This document shows, piece after piece, positions 56,936 to 64,000 of a stretch of 64,000 bases of DNA (within the stretch, counting starts at the first letter, position 1; every line of letters begins with the position of its first letter). The position numbers and the translations under genes are program-made. Source of the stretch: Eledone cirrhosa (Eukaryota); NCBI GenBank assembly GCA_964016885.1, contig OZ024747.1, positions 39,246,001 to 39,310,000 of the forward strand, read 5' to 3'. The notes beneath the pieces are model-generated. The model saw only the letters and a list, made by a program, of their open reading frames with translations, was not told where the DNA came from and did no database searches.

Positions 56936-57144
56936 CCACTCACCAGCAAAAAAGCCCAGGTCTTACGATAGTTCCATACAGTGTGTGTTAGCCATTGCCT
57001 CAGGATATGGAATCAAGTAATCCTAGCTAATTTTACACACTGCCTCTAAAACGGGAAAGAACTTATCGCAGACTAAAACACAAGACATCTGAACTAAAAT
57101 AAGACAGAGGAATTAGTGCCAAGTAAAGAATTTAACTAGCCAAT

Positions 57145-57190
<46 letters not shown>

Positions 57191-57446
57191 GGGAGTGTAA
57201 AGTGCAGTCACTTTAGGTTCACCCGAGTGAGCATTTGATGCGTAGTTTCCTATCTGTAAAGAGGTGTAGAATTAAGCAGAGTGTAATTATAAAAATAAAA
57301 GGACAATTTGTTATGTCGTCATTACGTTTATTGAGTAGTGACGCGTTTCGCTACTATTGATCAGCTCAAGGTAAGATCGGTATTGATCTAGCCCGTCTCT
57401 GGAATCATGGCACGTCGGAACTCTGGTGTGGCAATATATATATATG

Positions 57447-57547
<101 letters not shown>

Positions 57548-57600
57548 AAATGAATTAAATCATTTCAATTTCAAATGTTTAAAATTTGGCTTCGTTTATT

Positions 57601-57655
57601 ACTGCTATATATATTTCGGTAACAGCCATCTTTGGCGGTGACCTCTTCAGGCAGT
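57601..57655 (-). ncRNA. Type I hammerhead (family I)
   Basis: actgc CTGAAGA ggtcaccgcc aaagat ggctgttacc GAAA tatata TA gcagt aataaa. Confidence 0.85.
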
Positions 57656-58959
57656 CCGAATTTGTGTGGTAGAGACGAGTACACATGTTATTGAGGTGTT
57701 TAACTTTGTCAATACTCTGATATGCCCAGTTCCTGGTGGGGTTGTTATTTCACTGAGGAACTGGAATCATATGAATTTAAACAAACGAATTTCAGCGTCA
57801 AAAGACCTCTTCTCTTCTCATTGGTCAGTTGTTAGAACATTCATCAGTCTAAAGTCTATAGAAATTCGTTCTTAGGCAAGGTAATTTGTAGTGGTTGTTC
57901 TTGTTATTGTTAGGTGCATCTGACCTCTACTCTTATGTTGGTAGTGATGTTGTTGTTGGAGTCAGCTCAAAAAAATGATAAAGTGGTAGAAGGAATAAGA
58001 TGGTAAAGGAACAAAATAAAATAAAATAATCAAATAAAATATGTGTGTGTTATACCCATTTCAATGTTATAAAGATTTGTAAGGTCACTCTTCCCATTGG
58101 TCAGTTTTGAGAGCATTCCTCAGTCAAAAGTCTATAGAAATTCTTTCTGGGGTGAGGCTCCCTGTAGTGTTAGTATTTGCTATTGTTAAGTACATCTGAC
58201 CTCTACCCTTATTTTGTTAGTGTTGTTGGTGTTGTGGTGAGCCTATGTCTTGCTGCTGCTGACATTTAGAAGTATCTGTGTGTGTGTTTCTTTATCCCTC
58301 CTGCCACCATCTCACGTGGCGGTGGTGGTGTTGTGTGTGTGTGTTCTGCCATGTATATGAAGAAATAGAAGGCAATTAAATGAAGAAAACAGAAAATAAA
58401 TAATAAATAGAGAATCAATGAAAAAGTAATGAAAAATTGATGAAAAATGAAAATGAAAAATGAAAAATGAAAATGAAAAGTGAAAAATAAAAATGAAGAT
58501 TCAAATAAAATAAAATGTGTGTGTGGTATAACCAATCTCAAGGTCAGAAAGTTGTTGGATTAAGTGGTAGGAGGAACAAGATGGTAAAAGAATAAAACGA
58601 AATGGGATAATCAAATAAAATATGTGTGTGTTATAACCAATCTCAACTTAAATATAAATATAAGGCGATAAAGTGAAGAACACAGAAAACAAATAACAAA
58701 TGAAAAATGAAAAATCAAGTAAAATAAAATGTGTGGGTGTTATAAAGATGTTGGCCAAATTATAAAGGATGTGTCAGAATCACTCTCTAGGATATCATGG
58801 TGTCTACTCAGCCTGGGTTGGTCTCTATGGCTTGAGGGGAGTTCCCAACCTATGGTGTTGTTACTGCCCATATAGCTTGAGGGAGGTATGTCCGAGAGGT
58901 GTCTACATGTTCTGGAGAAGTCCCTATAGCTTGAGGGGAGTTCACATCTTATTGTGTTG

Positions 58960-59800
58960 CTACTGTCCATATATCTTGAGGAAGGTCCCGGCCCTGAGGT
59001 GTCTGCATGTCCCGAAGAAGTCGGTTCTGAGGTTTATCAGGCGGCTTCCACCTCTTAGTATCTCGAGGGTCTCGTTCAGCCATAGTTTGCATATGCCAGA
59101 TCCCCCTTTATCGGGTGGTACTTTCCTGATTATGGACCAGGCCAGAGAGTACGGGGTCCTTTCCACCTTAAGCCTCCAGATCAGGTCGGAGAGAGCCATA
59201 CTTTTCCTTTTGGCCTCCTTATTGAAGGAATGGTCATGGTTATACCAACGGTCTTTAAAACTCGTTGGTGTGGCTCCTATGTGTTCGGAGTTGGGGGTTT
59301 TAACCCTACATCCGTATATTACGTTCTTCTTAAGGCATTCATTACTAAGGGGGCATGAATCGGGGTTTCTGCAGTTGCAGAGGGTGGTCGACCTGTGCGT
59401 GTCTAGAGTGGGATTCCCCTTATGTGTTACATGGTGGTCTTCCCCCGGGCACGGTGGGGGGGGGGGGGGGGTACCCGGGTCTGTTTGAGTTTCTTGGGTG
59501 GGCACTGGGTCCCTCCTTCTCTCCTTCCACACGGTTCTGCTGGGTGCTTGTATTGCCATCTTCTGGTTGTGTGTGGTTTTTAAGCCTACTCCTGTTGATG
59601 CTAGCTATGTGTTGGGCCAGATTTCTCGTGGTGGAATACGAGAGCTTCACAGTGTGTCTGTTGAAGATCTTATGGTATCTATGGTCCCTCGGGAAGCATT
59701 TATCAAGTGCTCCAAAGAATGATCGGGACAAGCTGTTCTTTAGGGCCACTGAGTAGGGTGGGTTGTACCACGTGATTTTTCTGTGTCTCCTCCTATATGG
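58960..59800 (-). pseudogene. Naiad-type GIY-YIG endonuclease remnant
   Basis: ORFs 59420-59836 and 58960-59559, frameshifted near a G homopolymer. Confidence 0.87.
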
Positions 59801-60202
59801 GTGAGTTGGAGGCGTCGTGAGTTGTTGGTGAGTCATTTTTCATTTGTTATTTGTTTTCTGTTTTCTTCACTTTATCGCCTTATATTTATATTTAAGTTGA
59901 CATTGGTTATAACACACACATATTTTATTTGATTATCCTATTTCGTTTTATTATTTTACCATCGTGATCCTCCTAGCACTTTATCCAACATCTTTCTGGC
60001 CTTGAAATTGGTTATACCACATACACATTTTATTTTATTTGAATCTTCATTTTTATTTTTCACTCTTCATTTTCATTTTTCATTTTTCTTTTTCATTTTT
60101 CATCACTTTTTCATTAATTTTTCATTTATTCTCTATTTATTATTTATTTTCTGTTTGCTTCATTTTATTGCCTTCTATTTCTTCATATACATGGCAGAAA
60201 CC

Positions 60203-60325
<123 letters not shown>

Positions 60326-60807
60326 CACACCACCACCACCACACCACCACCACCACCACGAGAGATGGTGGCAGGAGGGATAAAGACACACACACAGAGA
60401 TATTTCTAAATGTCAGCAGCAGCAAGACATAGGCTGACCACAACCCCAGAAACACTACCAAAATAAGGGTAGAGGTCAGATGTACTTAACAATAGCAAAT
60501 ACAAACACTACAGGGAGCCTCACCCCAGAAAGAATTTCTATCGACTTTTAACTGAGGAATGCTCTCAAAACTGAACAATGGGAAGAGTGACCTTACAGAT
60601 CTTTATAACATTGACAGGGGTATAACACACACACATTTTATTTGATTATTTTATTTTATTTTGTTCCTCTACCATCTTATTCCTTCTACCACTTTATCAT
60701 TTGTTTGAGCTGACTCCAACAACAACACCACCACCAACATAAGAGTAGAGGGCAGATGTACCTAACAATAACAAGAACAAACACTCCAGATTACTTTGCC
60801 TCAGAAC

Positions 60808-60912
60808 GAATTTCTATAGACTGAATTTCTGAATTTCTGAATTTCTATTGACTGAATTTCTGAATTTCTTTTGACTGAATTTCTGAATTTCTTTTGACTG
60901 AATTTCTATAGA
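60808..60912. repeat. Short tandem array of (CTGAATTT)-based units
   Basis: gactgaatttctgaatttct is repeated here and absent from the opposite arm (~57850-57875). Confidence 0.85.
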
Positions 60913-61104
60913 CTTTTGACTGGTCTAACAACTGACCAATGAGAGGAGAATAGGTCCTTTGACGCTGAAATTCGTTTGTTTAAATTCATATGATTCCAGT
61001 TCCTCAGTGAAATAACAACCCAACCAGGAACTGGGCATATCAGAGTATTGACAAAGTTAAACACCTCAGCAACATGTGTACTCGTCTCTACCACACAAAT
61101 TCGG

Positions 61105-61161
61105 ACTGTCTGAAGAGATCACAGCCTAAAATGGCTGTCACGGAAATATATATATAGCAGT
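61105..61161 (+). ncRNA. Type I hammerhead (family I)
   Basis: actgt CTGAAGA gatcacagcc taaaat ggctgtcacg GAAA tatatata TA gcagt aataaa. Confidence 0.75.
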
Positions 61162-61841
61162 AATAAACGAAGCCAAATTTTAAACATTTGACTTATTTAT
61201 TTTATTTTATTTTACATTACTCCGGAGTAACTAAACCAACCTGCGCACTTCGTCGAGTGCTTCAGTTTGCATATTGAGGTGTTTGTATACAACCAACATA
61301 TACTCAATATATATATATATATATAACGCTCGCATACAGGAAATTGACTGGCCTGTTTGCTGATATGCAAATCTGACTCATCAGTGGATCTGCTAATATG
61401 CAGACATGACTGACCAGCTAGTCTGCTAATATGCAAATCAGGCTGATCAGTCACTGTGTATTTTAGAAAATATCATGTATTTTCACTAGCTCTGACAGTT
61501 TGCAGGTGAACTGTGAACTGCACTGATGAAGGGGGATACCCAGAAACATTAGGGTCTGCAGTTCTGTTTTCATGCCAACACAAGAGCAAGAATGAAGTGT
61601 GTTCCTTCTACTGACATGGCTATAACATAAGTCTTGCTTGCATAATTGCAAACGAATTATTATTATTAATGTTCGAAAAACTTAGATTACATTTATAACA
61701 TACTTATATATACACTATATATAATTATAACCAGGAAAGGTCAGTAATTCATTACCACCTTATTACCAGTAAGAAAAATAGCTCGCTCAATGTAAGTACA
61801 TCTGATGTTTTACAGAGCCGGAATATAAATTTATATTTATA

Positions 61842-61891
<50 letters not shown>

Positions 61892-61896
61892 GTGTG

Positions 61897-61992
<96 letters not shown>

Positions 61993-61993
61993 C

Positions 61994-62038
<45 letters not shown>

Positions 62039-62074
62039 CGTGTGTGCGCGCGTGTATGTGAGTGTGTGAGTGTG

Positions 62075-62280
62075 TGTACAAAAAGTAAACATAAATAACA
62101 ACACGATCGGTACAGTATATGGAAGGTATATATAGGTTAACGCTTGATATAGCAGGAAGAGTGTCTTAACGTTTCGGACGAAGAAAGAATGAGAAATAAA
62201 ATAGATTGAGGGGACGGGCGGGATGGGATTGCAAAATATGTCTTTAGATAAAAATAACAGGTCCATTCATGTTGACATAT
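62075..62280 (-). mobile_element. Family B pLTR-like repeat with HHR core deleted
   Basis: Minus strand cttc|gtccgaaacgttaagac lacks tgatgaaggactagg relative to 10904-10939. Confidence 0.8.
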
Positions 62281-62326
62281 CATGGAAAACTATATATATT
62301 ACTTAGGTGTATTTAATACCTTGTTC

Positions 62327-62374
<48 letters not shown>

Positions 62375-62524
62375 ATGTGTGTGTGTATGTGTGTGTGCGT
62401 GTGTGTATGGGTGCGCGCGCGCGCGTGTGTGTGTATTTATGTGGGTGTCTGTGTATTCCGTAGGTGTATTCAATTCCTTGTTATATTCATTTCTATGTAA
62501 TATATGTTAAATATGATATAGATT

Positions 62525-63801
62525 TGTTATATAAAACAGGATGTCTGTTTGCCTGTCTGTGTAAATACTTAAAACTCGAGAAATACCCGACCAATTTTTT
62601 AAAACTTTACACATGCGTTACTTATATTTCTTGAAGTACAATGGGCCAAAATCAATTTAATTGTTTCTGCCCTAGTCCCGCATTAGGTGAAAAACCGCAT
62701 TTTAAAGGCATTTTTAGGGTTTTTGAGGCGTAACTTAAAGATAATAGTGCCGATTTCATCGAAATTTGCAGCACATATTAGTTAGTCCACTAGCATTGCT
62801 GTGTATGAAGATAATTTCCGATTCCATTAATGGTTTCTAGGAAATGTTCGAATTAGCATTGGGCATTACATGCTATTTTCATTTTCAATATAAACGCTAC
62901 TTAAACATCGTAAGTAGTGTATAATATTTCGTTAAAAATGTGGTTTATTTAACAGAGGATACAAATCTTACTTACTTTTAAGCAGAACCATTTTCGAGGG
63001 ATTGAGGAAATGAGGAGGACCTTAACATTTTTGTCGGCGCCCTGCTGCCGCTTCGTGCTTTCATCATGCGCAAATCCGGGACCTGTGTACGTTGCCGTGA
63101 TATTGACACCGTAAAACTCATGTCTGTGCTACTTCTACTAAGACCCCTTTTGTTGTATCTACACCGCAGTATAAACGCGTTGCGCAAGTACGCCGGAAAG
63201 CGGTTGTGCTAATTCCGCGGTTGTGCTAATTCCGCGGTGGCCCTTACTTGAAATTGTTGATGGTGACCTCAATAGTAATTCCGAAGCGTTCGGCATCCGA
63301 TTTAAAAGTTCTGTCTATAGACAGAACTTTTAAATCGGATGCCGAACGCTTGGGTAGATTTACGCAGATGCTATGGTCTCCTGTGTGGAAGTCCCAACAT
63401 GCTGTGCGGTTGCATGACATGTCTTGCTCAAGCATTGCAGGCTTTACTCTGTACAGTATGCATGCAGGTGCAATGGACATAACAGATGATGTTTGTCCGG
63501 ATGACTAGGTGCGAATCTATAAATCTCGAAAAGTACCTAACCCATTTTCTCCAAATGTAAGAGAAATCATACTCTAAGATTGTGTAAGCTTAAAGAGTAT
63601 CCAGCTGATTTTCTTCAGATTTTGTACATGCATGCAGATGTTTCATGATCGGGCCTGCTGGTGTTCTACGTTTCCATAGATGAACAAATATCCCTGAGAA
63701 TAAGGGAATTCGAAAAGTACACAGCTACACTCCTCAATCTTTGCATATGCGTGTTGCTATTTCACGTTTCCTGCCCGTGCAATACCGGGTCATGCTGCTA
63801 G
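62525..63801 (+). mobile_element. Non-autonomous Helitron
   Basis: 3' end gcccgtgcaataccgggt-catgctgCTAG|T is similar to the 46070 terminus. The 5' tatataaaac...tgtctgtttgcctgtctg region is approximate. Confidence 0.68.
63284..63351. repeat. Perfect 68-bp spacerless palindrome
   Basis: aagcgttcggcatccgatttaaaagttctgtcta followed directly by its exact reverse complement. Confidence 0.95.
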
Positions 63802-64000
63802 TGATTATATATAGCATACATAATATATATCCTTTTTCAATTTAATAACTTGAATTTACCCTACTCTTTGTACAGGAATTTAATGTACAAACATTGAATA
63901 CTTAATTTGTTTTACTTTTATTGCATTGTGTTACATTTTACATTGTGTTACGTGTTTAAAAGGTTTCAGTCTATTGATATTTCCTAGTATGCTATATATT

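Noticed and set aside
55812-57020. 402-aa ORF as an intact gene
   Set aside because: The listed start is a non-ATG codon in the pLTR, and the ORF breaks before the catalytic DD motif, running into unrelated sequence.
57333-57412. Minus-strand gcta...tagc GAAACGCGTC hammerhead
   Set aside because: The 3' half looks typical, but the 5' core and stem I partner are missing. Probably a truncated remnant, so not listed as a ribozyme.
60808-60912. CRISPR-like repeat array
   Set aside because: Eukaryotic context, 8-20 bp units and no unique spacers. It is a slippage expansion in one pLTR arm.

Overview
AT-rich, microsatellite-dense animal genomic DNA with no host gene I can support. The SINE and repeat content look octopus-like, which is my inference. 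The window is dominated by about 12 decayed Penelope-like retroelements (PLEs; RT plus GIY-YIG endonuclease) of Naiad-type and Neptune-like families. Most are head-to-head fold-backs (inverted pseudo-LTRs, pLTRs) whose 3' ends abut (TA)n arrays. Reading the pLTRs by eye gives about 20 type I hammerhead ribozyme (HHR) motifs in about 10 sequence families. Four families carry a compensated U3:A8 core (TTGANAA instead of CTGANGA). One family has U4A, one has an additional A13C, and several ORF-less HHR units look retrozyme-like. Also present: an internally deleted mariner, a 79-bp Tc1-type MITE, two non-autonomous Helitrons (one with a perfect 68-bp palindrome), tRNA-derived SINEs and several isolated hairpins. 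Structures and coordinates were read manually, so ends are approximate and ribozyme activity is untested.
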